Shown here piece after piece: positions 39,291-51,654 of a DNA stretch of 64,000 bases. Numbering within the stretch: the stretch's first letter is position 1; every line of letters starts with the position of its first letter. This stretch comes from Stegostoma tigrinum (taxonomy: Eukaryota): contig NC_081375.1 of assembly GCF_030684315.1 (NCBI RefSeq), positions 8,252,678 through 8,316,677 of the forward strand, in the 5' to 3' direction. The notes under the pieces were generated by a model that was not told where the DNA came from, made no database searches, and saw only the letters and a list, made by a program, of their open reading frames with translations. The position numbers and the translations under genes were made by a program.

Positions 39291-39904
39291 TGCGGCTTTC
39301 TCTGCACTGGGGAAACCAAGCAGAGGCTTGGGACCACTTTGCAGAACACCTACACTCGGTTCGCAATAAACAACTGCATCTCCCAGTCACGAGCCATTTC
39401 AACGCCCCTTCCCATTCCTTAGACGATATGTCCATCCTGGGCCTCCTGCAGTGCCACAACGATGCCACCCGTAGGTTGCAGGAACAGCAACTCATTCTGC
39501 TTGGGAACTCTGCAGCCCAATGGTATCAATGTGGATTTCACAAGCTTCAAAATCTCCCCTCCCCCTACTGCATCCCAAAACCAGCCCAGCTCGTCCCCGC
39601 CTGCCTAACCTGTTCTTCCTCTTACCTATCCACTCAAGACGCACCTCCATTTCCTACCTACTAAACTTATCCCGCCCCCTTGACCTGTCCGTCCTCCCCG
39701 GACTGACCTATCCCCTCCATACCCATACTCTCCTCACCACCTATCTTCTCCTCTATCCATCTTCGGTCCACCTCTCCCTATTTATTTCAGAATCTTCTCC
39801 CCATCCCCCTTTTCTGATGAAGTGTCCAGGCCCGAAACATCAGCTTTTGTGCTCCTAAGGTGCTGCTTGGCCTGCTGTGTTCATCCAGCTCCACACTTTG
39901 TTAC
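39291..39904 (+). mobile_element. Penelope-like element 3' fragment
   Basis: End of GIY-YIG domain (HFAEHLHSVRNKQLHLPVTSHFN), C-rich tract, hammerhead-like core at 39814-39844. Confidence 0.88.
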
Positions 39905-40139
39905 CAGGGCCCGTTGTGTGTTGGCAGCTCACTGTGGCACCATCACTGACAGCTCCCCCACCTTGAGAAACAATGACAGTACTCCGTGGCATGACAGGGC
40001 TCAGGGACAGAGCTTCATAGCAGTATCATCTATAAGCAGCCAACAGAACAACTTGGTCAATGTTGGCCATAGTTACAAATGTGTATGGGCCACAGATTGT
40101 TTACAGTGGCTGCACAAAATTGTATTCAATCACAACTAC

Positions 40140-41538
40140 GTCAACGACGAGGAGCACAAACAGTTCATCCACTTCACCAACACCTTCCACCCAAGCCTTA
40201 AGTTCACCTGGACTATCTCTGATACCTCTCTCCCCTTCCTGGACATCTCTGCCTCCATTTCTGGCATCCATCAGGAAACTGATTTCCATTTCAAGCTACC
40301 GACTCCCACAGTTACCTAGAATATGCCTCTACTCACCCACCTTCTTGCAGAAAGGCCATCCCCTATTCCCAATTCCTTCGCCTCCGCCACATCTGCTCCC
40401 AAGATGAGGCATTCCACTCCAAACATCCCAGATGTCCTCTTTTTTCCAAGAGCCATAACTTCTCCTCCACAGTGGGAGAAAATGCCCTCGACCATGTCTC
40501 TCACATTTCCCACAACTCATCCCCCACCCGCAATAACAAAACAGAATCCCCCCTTGTCCTCACCTACCACACCACCATCCTCCGACACTTCTGCCATCTG
40601 CAATCTGATCCCACTACCAAAGACATTTTTCCCTCCCCACCCTTATCTGCTTTCCGGAGGGTCCACTCTGTGTGACTGCCTTGTCCGCTCCATATCCCCT
40701 ACCACCCGCAGCACTTTTCCCTGCAACCAGAGCAAGTGCTACACCTGCACCTACACCACACATCAGCCCCGCAACTCCACCCCCCACCACTCACCCCTAT
40801 CCCAGGCCCTAAGACGACCTTCCACATCAAGCAGATGTTCACCTGCACATCTGCTAATGTGCTATACTGTATCCGCTGTTCACGATGTGGCCCCCTCTAC
40901 ATCGGGGAAACCAAGCGGAGGCTTGGGGACTGCTTTGCAGAACACTGACACTCGGTTTGCAACAAACAACTGCACCTCCCAGTAACGAACCATTTCAACT
41001 CCCCCTCCCACTCCCTGGACGATATGTCCATCCTGGGCCTCCTGCATTGCCACAAATGATGCCACCCAAAAGCTGCATGAACAGCATTTCATATTTTGCT
41101 TGGGAACCCCTGCAGCCCAAGGCTATCAATGTAGACTTCACAAGCTTCAAAATTTCCCCTCCCCTGACCACATCGCAAAACCAGCCCAGCTCATCCCTGC
41201 CTCCCTAACCATTCCTCCCACCTCAAGCCCCACTCCCATCTCCTATCCACTAACCTTATCCCACCTCCTCAACCTGTCCGTCCTCCCTGGACCAACCTAT
41301 CCCCTCCCTAACTCCCCACCTACATTCACCTTTACTGTCTCCAACCCCACCTCTTTGACCTGTCTGTCTCCTCTCGACTTATCTTCTCCTATCCACCCTC
41401 CCCTCTCTCCCTATTTATTTCAGGATCCCCTTCCCCTCCCCTATTTCTGAAGAAGGATCTCAACCTGAAACGTCAGCTTTCCTGCTCCTCTGATGCTACT
41501 TGGCCTGCTGTATTCATCCAGCTCTACACCTTATTATC
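40140..41538 (+). mobile_element. Penelope-like element (RT C-terminus + GIY-YIG), decayed
   Basis: FIHFTNTFHPSLKFTWTISDTSLPFLDI (RT) and NVLYCIRCSRCGPLYIGETKRRLGD (GIY-YIG). Flanked by the direct repeat tcacaactac (40130-40139 and 41539-41548). Confidence 0.92.
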
Positions 41539-41945
41539 TCACAACTACTTCATGGTCTGTTTGATAGAAATAACTAACATAATTACAGAATATCTTGCAT
41601 GTTTACACTCCTTGGTGTTTGCAATGTGTTGCTGAGTGTTCCTGATGGACAGGCCAGCAGATCCCATTTTCCAACCCTTTGTGTTGGTCTCTGCTGGATT
41701 TGCACTGGACTGAGCTGTAATTGGCCTCAGTGCCTCCAAGTTAGGGGACAGATGGAAAAAAAAAACATCAGCATAACTCATCCTGGACAACACGCTCACA
41801 TCTTGGGAAAGAGGCTAAACGGTGATTCACAGCCTGGTTGAGTAGCCAACCGATTCACTATGCTGACTTCTGTGTATGTAGGGTCTGAGTACAAGAGTGA
41901 ACCTGCTTTTCCTTAAGGCAGACTTTTAAAAAGATGAGAACTTAC

Positions 41946-42451
41946 CCAAAGGGAAACTGTTCCACTTGATGTCCCGACATTTCAACCTTGGAGTGAACAC
42001 TTCGAAATTTGGTGTAGGAACAAAAGTCTGTGCTGTTTGGACAGAGACACTGAACTTTATGAGCAGCCTCAGTTTCAATCTGTTCCTTTGTCTTGGGAAC
42101 AGTGTGATGGTGAATGTAATGATGGTGGACGTACTTGGCACCCTGTTTGGACACACACCCTTTGTTGGAAACACCTGGAGCTGCTGTCTGGCTCCCCAGG
42201 GCCATTTGAAACTTTGCCCCTCGGAGACAGTCTGGTGTCTGGGAGGGAGGAGAATATCTGCCCACACCCGGCGATTGGCAGCCTGGGGTTTTCAGTACTC
42301 GTGACAAGTGGTCATCCAAGATAGTCTGGGGGTCGTCGTCACAGCTTCCAGAGGGCAGGAGGGCCAGTGGATGCAGCTGATGCTGGGGGCCTATGGGTTC
42401 CATCTCTGTCTGTGTTGTTATTGTGGGAAGCTCACAATCTTCACTTTCATC
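41946..42451 (-). CDS. AXIN2: Axin-2 coding exon (exon 6 equivalent), beta-catenin-binding region
   Basis: tttgacag / gtaag borders, 506 bp. Contains DDDPQTILDDHLSRVLKTPGCQSPGVGRYSP and HHHYIHHHTVPKTKEQIE; overlaps ORF 41942..42403. Confidence 0.97.
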
Positions 42452-43488
42452 CTGTCAAATAGAAATGGACATCTTGTATTCACCGAGTGGTACAAAGGTA
42501 ATTGCAACAACACATGTTCCCTGCAACTGACAATCCTCAACCCTCCAAATGACTCACTGAATTGTTACAAGTGCAGAAAACAGACACTCAGCCCATGTTT
42601 GCATCAGGTCTCCAAATGGGCATTTTGTCTTCTTGGGAGCGAGTACATTCTTCTTTTTTAAATAACCATTTAATTTCTTTTTGAAAATCTGATAGAAGCA
42701 GGTTCAGTCACAGTCTCAGGCAGTATTTCCCTGACCCTATCCACTCACAGTGTTAAGGGAGTTTCCTCAACATTTGTTTCTTTTGCTAATCACCTTAAAT
42801 CTGTGCTGTCTCAGTGCTGATCCTTTCAAAAATGGGAACAGTTTCTCATTTGCTCTGTCTGGGGATTTTTCACTCCAGAAACTCAGTTCCCTCCAGAGCC
42901 TCCCTTCACCAGTTTAGGCAACTTTTCCCTGCAGCGTCACCTCTTGGTCTCTCCTACCCATCTTTCACAAACAGCCAATTTCAAATGGTCCACTTAAAGC
43001 TGTTCATTTTAAGCCAATTTCCTAGTTGGGAATCCCCTGAAATCACACACATGTCCTGCGTTCAAGGCAGCACAGACTGAAAGAGGGTGGGGAGTAAACT
43101 CGGTCTTGCTAATACAGTCAGGCGGTATAGATTATAATTACTCCTCCCTTCAGTGTGCAAAGCCAGATAAACATAGACCCCCTGCCCTAGAAAAGGGCAA
43201 TGTACACTTCATCACTGCAGCCAAATTGCTCTAATTTCCAACCATCATCAAAAGGGACTGAGGGACAATACTATCTGATCAAAGTGACCAAAACAAGGGA
43301 TCTAAAAAAAACCAAGCTACACTGAGATGAGTACAATGTTTAATGCAGTACTATGTGCTAGATGAGTTTTAAAATGCAAATCTGTCATGCTGTTCTCTGT
43401 CTCGGGGACTGCAAGTTTCTAGAGATTAAAATTAAACAACTTTCTCTTCTCCTGCCCCACCCACAAGCTCTGTGGTAGCAGTCCCTAC

Positions 43489-43629
43489 CTCTTTGATCTG
43501 CTGTAGCCTCTCCTCTAAACTGTCCATGGTGTCTCGCTCCCGCTTGAGCTTCTCCAGTCGAGAGATGAGCTGAGTGGCGAAGGCTGCTGGGTCCACAGGC
43601 GTCATCTCCTTTGGAAGGCGATGAGTTCT
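43489..43629 (-). CDS. AXIN2: Axin-2 coding exon (exon 5 equivalent), GSK3-binding helix
   Basis: atgtag / gtaggg borders, 141 bp, phase 0/0. Translates RTHRLPKEMTPVDPAAFATQLISRLEKLKRERDTMDSLEERLQQIKE. Confidence 0.97.
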
Positions 43630-44519
43630 CTACATGAAGCAAGAGCATAACAGATAGAGGACATTTAGCTGTCCGTCCTTCAGCTTGCACATGTTGGGGA
43701 AAGGTGGAGCACAGACAGCACACTGGACAGAAAGAAAAAGAGACAGCAAGAGAGCGAGAGCATGTGAAAAGAAGAATGAGAGACAGACAATGAAAGAGTG
43801 AGAAGAGAACGTCAAAAGACCAGGAGACAAAAAGGAGGGGGAGATCGCCAGCGAGGAAGAAAACAGAAGCAAAGCTTTTGTCTTTCCCTTTTAAGTGTGT
43901 GCGTGTCTTTGGGTAAAGCTAGTTTCTCTGCTCATTGCAAAGAGCTGGGGATTTTATGTGCTTCTTACAGTGGCCTCATGGAGCGACATCCTTCCCAGCG
44001 GCTCTGGCCTAGGGTGAGAGCACTCAGTTGTCCTGCTCATTCCCTCTGTAGTACAACCAGCTCATCAGTAGCTTCAGAGTCTCGAGCTTCTTCAAAGACA
44101 GTGTTGTCGAACATCAAAAAACATGAAGGTGGGAGGGAAGAATCTTTAACTGAAGTGGGTTATAAACAGAAAATGAAAATTAAAAAAAAATGGAGGGAAG
44201 ATGGAGTCAAACGGGTGCAGATCAGAGAAAATGTGGTAATTTATTTCCTGGCTGCACGCTGGGTAGCTTTGAGGATCTGTTGGCTCAACAGCTCCTGTGT
44301 TCTTTTTCACTCCCTCACTCTTCACTTCTGTCTTCTTTGTGCAGCATGAAGAGAATCAGCTGCAGGCTACTTTTGCTACACTGCTGGGCTCGGCTGCCTA
44401 AAGCTGCAGCTATCAGGGGAGAAGGGAGGCTGTGAATCAGGAGCAGAGAATCACAAGACAAGGGAAAGCACGGCACGGCACAGCCTGTACCAGTGTCAAC
44501 AAACATGACAGGGGGGACG

Positions 44520-44595
44520 GGGGAGAAGAGAGCGAGAGAGAGAGAAAGAGAGAGAGAGAGGGAGAGAGAGAAAAAGAAAGAAAGAGGAAGAGAAT
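44520..44595. repeat. GA-rich/(AG)n purine tract
   Basis: Directly visible; other simple repeats at 24419-24443 (GA), 27554-27573 (CA) and 46480-46500 (poly-G). Confidence 0.9.
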
Positions 44596-45424
44596 AAACT
44601 ATCCCTCCTTTCCATCCATCTCTCTGCACCACCCCCTACCTCTGCTCTCATCATTTTAAGCTGGACACCGTACCCACCCAATGAAGCAAAAAAGCCTTCT
44701 CTAAGGCAACCGCACAGCAGCAGCAATGATGCGAGGGGCAGAGAAAGGAGTCGCTCTGTTGGAAGTTGTCACTTTACACACTAGCTGTCTTCTATTCAGC
44801 TCCTGATCAAAGCACAGCCTGGCAGAGAATGTCGATTGGGGAGCCCCAGGACAAAATAATCTCTTTACAAGCTCGGGCAGTAGAACTTGTGTGTTGTTTC
44901 CAATTTTTTGTAGGGGGGAAAACAACATATTTTGGAGACAACAGTTTGCAAGCCCTTTGAAAGAGATTTTGTGCTAGTTATTTTTTCTCCCCTCGGTTAG
45001 GAAGATATGAAAGCTCACTGCAGCAAGAAAGCTATACAAGGCTTGATGATGTGCAATGGCGATCTGTTCACCACACAGGCACAGCTTGGTCTAGTACCAG
45101 ATAGAGGGGCCATCTGAACTGTCCAAAGTAACTACATACAAGGCAGCATGTTGCATGCATGCTGCTGTTAAAATACAATTTAAAAAAAGCATAATTAGAG
45201 GAGACCGTTCTCCCCAAATGTAGTGCATAGTGACCCCCTCTGGACCCCTTGACCAGAGTGAAATTGCATGCAATTATTTTTCATGTGCTACCACTTCTTG
45301 GAAGGGGGGGGGGAGGTGGCCAGTGTCAGCAGAGCCTGATTGTACATTCACCTGACATGTGTAAATACATGCACCCACACCCAAGATTTCAGGAGTCAGA
45401 TAGAGCCCAATCAATCATCAATAC

Positions 45425-45930
45425 TGTGTCCTGTTCTAGTCACCCAGTTATAGGAAGGATATTATTAAGCTGGAGAGGGTTCAGAACAGATTTACCAGGA
45501 TGTTGCTGGGTATGTAAGGCTGGATAGGCTGGGCCCTTTCTCACTGGGGTGTAGGAAGTTGAGAGGCTACCTTATAAAAAAGTTTAAAAAATAATGAGGG
45601 GTTAATGGTAGTTGTCTTTTCCCTGGGATGAGGGATTTCAAAGATTATGTGGCACATTTTTAAAGATGAGAGGAGATTTTTAAAAAAAAGACATGAGGGC
45701 CAAATTTTTTTTGAAATAGAGGGTGATTTGCGCGCGGAATAAACTTCCTGACGAACTGGTGGGTATGGGTAAAATTACAATGTTTAAAAGACATGTAGAT
45801 AATTTCATGAATAGGAAAGATTCAGAGGGTTATGGGCCAGGAGCAGGCAGGTGGGACTAGTTCAGTTTGGTATTATGTTCAGCATGGACTAGTTGGACCA
45901 AGGGGTATGTTTCCGTGCTGTAGGACTATC
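45425..45930 (+). mobile_element. CR1 3' fragment
   Basis: RKDIIKLERVQNRFTRML segment and tail ggactagttggaccaaggggtatgtttccgtgctgta. Confidence 0.85.
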
Positions 45931-47420
45931 GGCTCACTCACCTGTAATTACGGACTGAAAGGGGTACGCTACTATTCTGAGAGATTCAGCATCATGCTAA
46001 AACCTACCAGTCAGATTACAAAGTAGGGACTTCAGGTTGAATTTTGGTTTGGTTTCCCACCCAGTGCCAATCTCAAGCAATGAGCAATCCACAAACATAC
46101 AAGGGCTCGGCTGTGAGTATCTCCTACAATGGATCCAAGGGATGCTCCAGGGAGATCTGAAGTCAAGGTTATTTAGTTTGAATGAGATCAGGGCAACGAA
46201 TTTGTTGCAGCGCCCTAGTCTGGTGGAACTGGTCAGAAAAGACATTAATACATACACAAACAGCCCAAATGCTCCACTGTGAACAAAGCTTCCTAAATTG
46301 TGGGTGGTGGATCTTAGTGGGATCGCCAGTCAAACTTTTCCAGTTCAGTTCAGAGGCTGTAGTCGGCTACATGAGACTCTGACTGGCTGTAGCTCCTTTA
46401 AATCCTCGAAGCTTGTTCACCCCTCCAAAACCAGGCATGGCCTGATAACCCTAATGCTGCTCTCCAAACCTGTGGGCGTGGGGGGGGGGGGGGGGGGGGG
46501 TGGAAGAGTAAGGAAGTAGTGGAAGTTAGGAATGTTCCATCTGGGGAATTTAAAAAAAAGTCCAGATGAGTCAACCTTCTCCATTCCACTTCCCTCACCC
46601 CTTTCACAGGTCTCACCATTCCCTACACAACTCCTGGGGACTGCTGATGCCCCCATCTTACCCCTGAGAGTTGTTATGGGTGTCTTCTGTTGGGCACCTT
46701 AAGTACAGGGACCAAGAGCTGGAGCTGATGTGGGAGGAGTTTCCAAAACAGTGAACTGGATTGGAGGAGGTTTGGGGGGGGTCTTGCTGAGAGTTACAAT
46801 TGCACGAGACTTGGTGTTGTGCCAGGGCAGCCTTTTGATGGAAATCCATCTGCTCAATCCCAGGCAGGAGTGACAGACAAAAAGTTTCAAATGTGCTGGT
46901 GTGCACATATGCACGGACATGTGTGAATAAAAGGAGGCAGTACTGGATAAAGAACAATTTTAGACCCATTAACAGAGGAATATTCAACTAACTGGGATCA
47001 AGAAAGTTTCAAATCACTGAGGTGAAAATTCCTTGCAAATGATTGTGGAACATCTAGTTTAGGGCTGCACAAGTCCAGTAGATACTATACTTGGAAAAAC
47101 TGTAAATGAATCCACCCATAACGAACACCATCAATTCACCATTGAGATCAGTGTTGCAGTAAGTAGCATACTCACTTCCTTGATAAAATATCCCAATTAT
47201 TGGATGTATGTATTTAGGTATGACCTCACCAGTCTATCGAAGATGCTTTTAGGGTTTTTCACACATATAACTGTGTCAGTTATTTGAAAAAACCCAACTC
47301 GTACATATTTATGCCTGCAACTTGTATTAATTTAAATACTGTGTTGTCTAGGAAATTAAAGCTTTCCTGCATGAAGCTTTATGCTTGATGGGGAGTTGAT
47401 TATTATTGAGAATTTCAGAG

Positions 47421-50400
47421 GGGAGGCAATGGACTAGTGATATTATTGTCAGACTATGTCAGAAACTCAGCTAATGTTCTGCGGACCTGGGTTTGAATCC
47501 CACCACAGAAGATAGGGGCATTTTAAGTTTGTAAATTGCAGATTTTTTAAAAAAAGTAAAAGAATCTACTGATAACCATAAAACCATTGTCAATTGTTAG
47601 AAAAACCCATCTGGTTCACTAACTTCCTTTAGGGAAGGAAATATATCCCCCTCCCCTGGTCAGGCCTACACAGGACTCCAGATCCCACAGCTACATGATT
47701 GACTCTCAATTGCCGTCAGAATTGGGCCAGCAAGCCATTCCTTTGTACCAATCCCTTCAAAAGCCTCAAAGAAATGAAACCAGATGGATCATTTGGCATC
47801 GAACTAGGCACAAGAAAAGACAATGGCAGATACAGCCTTGTTGACTCTGCAATATCCTCCTTACTAATATTTGACAGACAGTGCCAAAGTTGGGACAGCT
47901 GTCTCACAGGCTATTCAAGCCACAGCATAGACATAATCATACTCACAGAATCCAGACAAACAGACAGACAACGTCCCAGACATCATTATCAAAATTGCTG
48001 AATATATCCTGTCCCGTTGGCAGGACAGTCCCAGCAGAGGTAGTGGCACAGTGGTATACAGTAAGGAGGGAGTTGCCCTGGGAATCCTCAACATGGACTC
48101 CAGACTCCATGAAGTCTTGTGGCAAGGAAATTCCTGCTGAGTACTACGTACCATCCTCCCTCAGTTGATAAATCAGTATTCTTTCATGTTGAGCAAGACC
48201 TGGAGGAAGCACTGAGGATAGCAAGGGCATAAAATGTACTCTGGGTAGGGGATTACAACGTCCACCACCATGAGTGGTTCAGCAGCAGTACTACTGATCA
48301 AGCTGGTCCGGACCTACAAGGACACAGCTGCTAGATTGAATCAGCAGCAAGTGGTGAGGGATCCAAGAAGAGGGAAAAACATACTTGATCTTATCCTTAC
48401 CAATCTGCCAGCTGCAGATGCATCTGTCCATGACAGTATCATTAAGACTGACTATGGCACAGTCCTTGTGGAGGTAAGATCCCATCTTCACGCTGAGAAT
48501 ACCTCCAGCGTGTTGTGTGGCACTATGCTAAATGGGAGACTTCAAACAGATTTACCAACTCAAGACTGAGATCGATGTGCTGCTGCAGGTCATCAACAGC
48601 AAAATTGTACCCTAGAACAACCCTATGACCTGGTATACCGCGCACCGCGCGCACCCCCTGCCCCCCCCACCCCCACATTTAACAATTACCATCAAGCCAG
48701 GGGATCAACCTTGACTCGATAGAGAGTGCAGGAGGGCATGCTAGGAGCAGCATCAGGCATTCCTGAAAATGAGATGTCAACCTGGTGAAGTTACCAAGCA
48801 GGACTACTTGAATGCCAAATAGTACAAGCAGCAAGTGATAGACAGAGCTACATGATCCTCTAACCAGCAGATCAGACCTAAGTTCTACGGTCCTGCCACA
48901 TCCTGTTGAGAGTGGTGGTGGAGAATTAAACAATTCACTGGAGGAAGAATCTCTACAAATATCTCCATTTTCAATGATGGAAAACCCCAGCACACCAGTG
49001 CAAAAGATAAGGCTGAAATATTTGCAGCAATCTTCAGCCAGAAGTAGTGAGTGGATGATCCTTCTTGGCCTCCTGCAGTGGTCCCCAGTATTACAGATAC
49101 CAGTCTTCAGCCAATTCAATTCACATCACATGACATCAAAAAATGAATAGAAGCACTGGATACCACAAAGGGTACAGGCTCTGACAACGTTCTGGTAATA
49201 GTACTGGAGACTTGTGCTCCAGAACTTGCCATTCCCCTAGCCAAGCTACTCCAGTACACAGTTGTAACACTGGCATCTACCTGATAAAGAAAATTCCCTG
49301 GATATGTCCTGTACATTAAAAAGCAGGACAAATCCAACCCAGCCAATTACCACTGCATCTACTCTTGGTCATCAGTACAGTGAGGAATGTATCAAGTGCT
49401 ATCGAGCAGCACCTGCTCAGCAATAACCTATGAAGTGATGCCCAGTTTGGGTTCCACCAGGGCCACTCACCTCCTGATCTTATTACAGCCTTGGTTTAAA
49501 CATGGACCGAGAAAGCTGAATTCGAGGTGAGGCGATAGTGACAGCCCTTGACATCGAGGTTGCATTTGATTGAGTGTGGCATCAAGGAGCCCTAGCAAAA
49601 CTGGAATCAATGGGTTAAAGGGGCAAATTCTCTGCTGGTTTGAGTCATACCTGGCAGGTAGGAAAATGGCTGAGGCTGTTGAGGATTAGTCATCTTTACA
49701 GGAGTCCCTCAAGGTAGTGTCCTAGGCTCGACCATCCTCAACTGCTACATCAATGACCTCTCCATCACAAGAGTGAGAAGTGGGGATGTTCGCTGAAGAT
49801 TACACAATGTTCAGCACCATTCACGACTTGTCAGAGACAGAAGCAGTCCATGTCCAAATGCAACAAGATCTGGACAATATCCAGGCTGGGGCTGACAAGC
49901 GACAAGCAGCATTTGTGCTGCACAAATGCTAGGCTATGACTATCAGAGACAGAGACAATCTAACCACTGCCCCATGACAGTCAATGGTGTTACCATTACT
50001 GGATCCCCCACTAATATCCTAGGGCTTAGCACTGACCAGTAACTGAACTAGACATGCCCCATAAACAGTCGCTACAAGAGCCAGTCAGAGGCTACGAATA
50101 CTGCAGCGAGTAACTGACTTCCTGACTCCCCAGAGCCTGTCCATCATTTACAAGGCACAAGTCAACAGTGTGATAGTATAATGTAGCAGTGGAAGTTAGA
50201 TAGAACTTGGCTTCGGGTAAAAGTTCGGCACAACATTGGGAGCCGTAGGGCCTGTACTGCACTGTACTGTTCTATGTTCTATGATGGAATTCTCCCCACA
50301 TGCCTGGAAGGGTGCTGATCCAACAACACTCAAAGCTTTGACACCATCCAGGTCAAAGCAGCACACTTGACTGACACCACATCCACAAGCACCCACTCTC

Positions 50401-50795
50401 CACCACTATTGTTCAGTAGCAGTGTATCCTATGTACAGGATGCACTGCAGAAATTTGCCAAAGATCCTCAGTCAGCACCTTCCAAAACCATGACCACTTC
50501 CATCTTTAAGGAAGAGAGCAGCAGATTTATGGGAACACCACCAAGTTCCCCTCCAGGGCACCCACCATTCTGACTGGGAAATATATCACCATTTCACCTT
50601 CACTGTCGTGGGGTTAATATCCTGGAATTTCCGCCCTAATGATATTGTGTATCAATCCACAGCAGCTGGACTGCAGTGATTCAAGAAGGCAGCTCACTGT
50701 TAACCTTCTCAAGGGCAACTTATGGTCTTAACTAGGGACAGGCAATAAATGCTGGCCAAGCTAACCATGCCCACATCCCACAATGAATTTTTAAA
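47421..50795 (+). mobile_element. Decayed LINE (APE endonuclease + RT) with a tRNA-like 5' head
   Basis: Head with A/B-box-like motifs (47430-47440, 47491-47500). Endonuclease DIIILTES, WVGDYNVH, ILDLILTN; RT ALDIEVAFD, GVPQGSVLG, MFAED; tail ggcaataaatgctggcc...cccacatcccacaatgaat. A small CR1-tail insertion sits at about 50181-50282. Confidence 0.88.
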
Positions 50796-51247
50796 ATTCT
50801 AATTCAGCTGAGAGTTTCCAAGTACCACATATGCCAATACCAATACAGAAGGCATTGTTACTACATGAAGCATGACCTAACTAATGAGACACAGAGAATA
50901 AAAAGTAGTTCTCAAAAACTAACAAGTGGGCCCCGAAAATCGAAATGAACAGAGAAAATTCCGAGAGGAGCTCTTGAAGAAAAATTATATTGACCTCAAG
51001 TCTCACCCCCACCTTGCACACCAAGCCGCTTTGGCTCTCAGCCTGGGGTCACAACAATGTTCAAGCACCAAAATAATTAGTAGAAGGTTTGTGCAACACT
51101 GATATATAACAATGTTCTTATATATTATCTTTAATATAACAAAAATGTCCCAGACCTTTTGGAGGAATGTAGATCAAACAGACAGACAATGTTAAGCTGT
51201 GAGAGATATAATGAAAACTGAATTCAGCAAAGGGCTGAAACACTTAC

Positions 51248-51344
51248 AGGAAAGTGAGGTAGTGAGACCTGACCATTAGCTTTGACACTGCGTTGCATTT
51301 CCCTCTGTTGTTGCTTCTTATGCCGATATGGAGGGATCCCATCT
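51248..51344 (-). CDS. AXIN2: Axin-2 coding exon (human exon 4 equivalent)
   Basis: ttgcag / gtaagt borders, 97 bp. Translates [32 protein letters not shown], close to human AXIN2 DGIPPYR...[14 protein letters not shown]. Confidence 0.97.
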
Positions 51345-51654
51345 CTGCAAATTAAACCATGAAACAGAATGTGAGAAGAATCCAACAGGATTGAAATTAG
51401 TTTCATGTGTCACCGAACATGACGAATGCAACATCCAAGTTCTACAACTGCCAGCAGTTTGGTTTTGTAGACCTGGCTCTGGTGCGCAGGCTATAAGCCC
51501 CTCAATCTGTTGTCCAGTTACCAACAGTTCCAATGCCCACCTGCCAAGAGGACACCCAATAATTGTACCCGAGAGATTCTTGTCACAATGCCACTGAGCT
51601 GGAAGACCACAACAGCACACACAAGGACAGTGTGGTTTACTAGGTTAAAATCTG

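Noticed and set aside
41966-42661. Several plus-strand ORFs over the large AXIN2 exon
   Set aside because: Antisense shadows of the real coding exon.
43798-44349. 183-aa plus-strand ORF antisense to AXIN2
   Set aside because: Starts at GTG, is low-complexity and purine-driven, with no recognisable domain.
46470-46505. Long poly-G run with G-quadruplex potential
   Set aside because: Simple homopolymer of uncertain length; similar G/C runs are scattered through the window with no supporting context.
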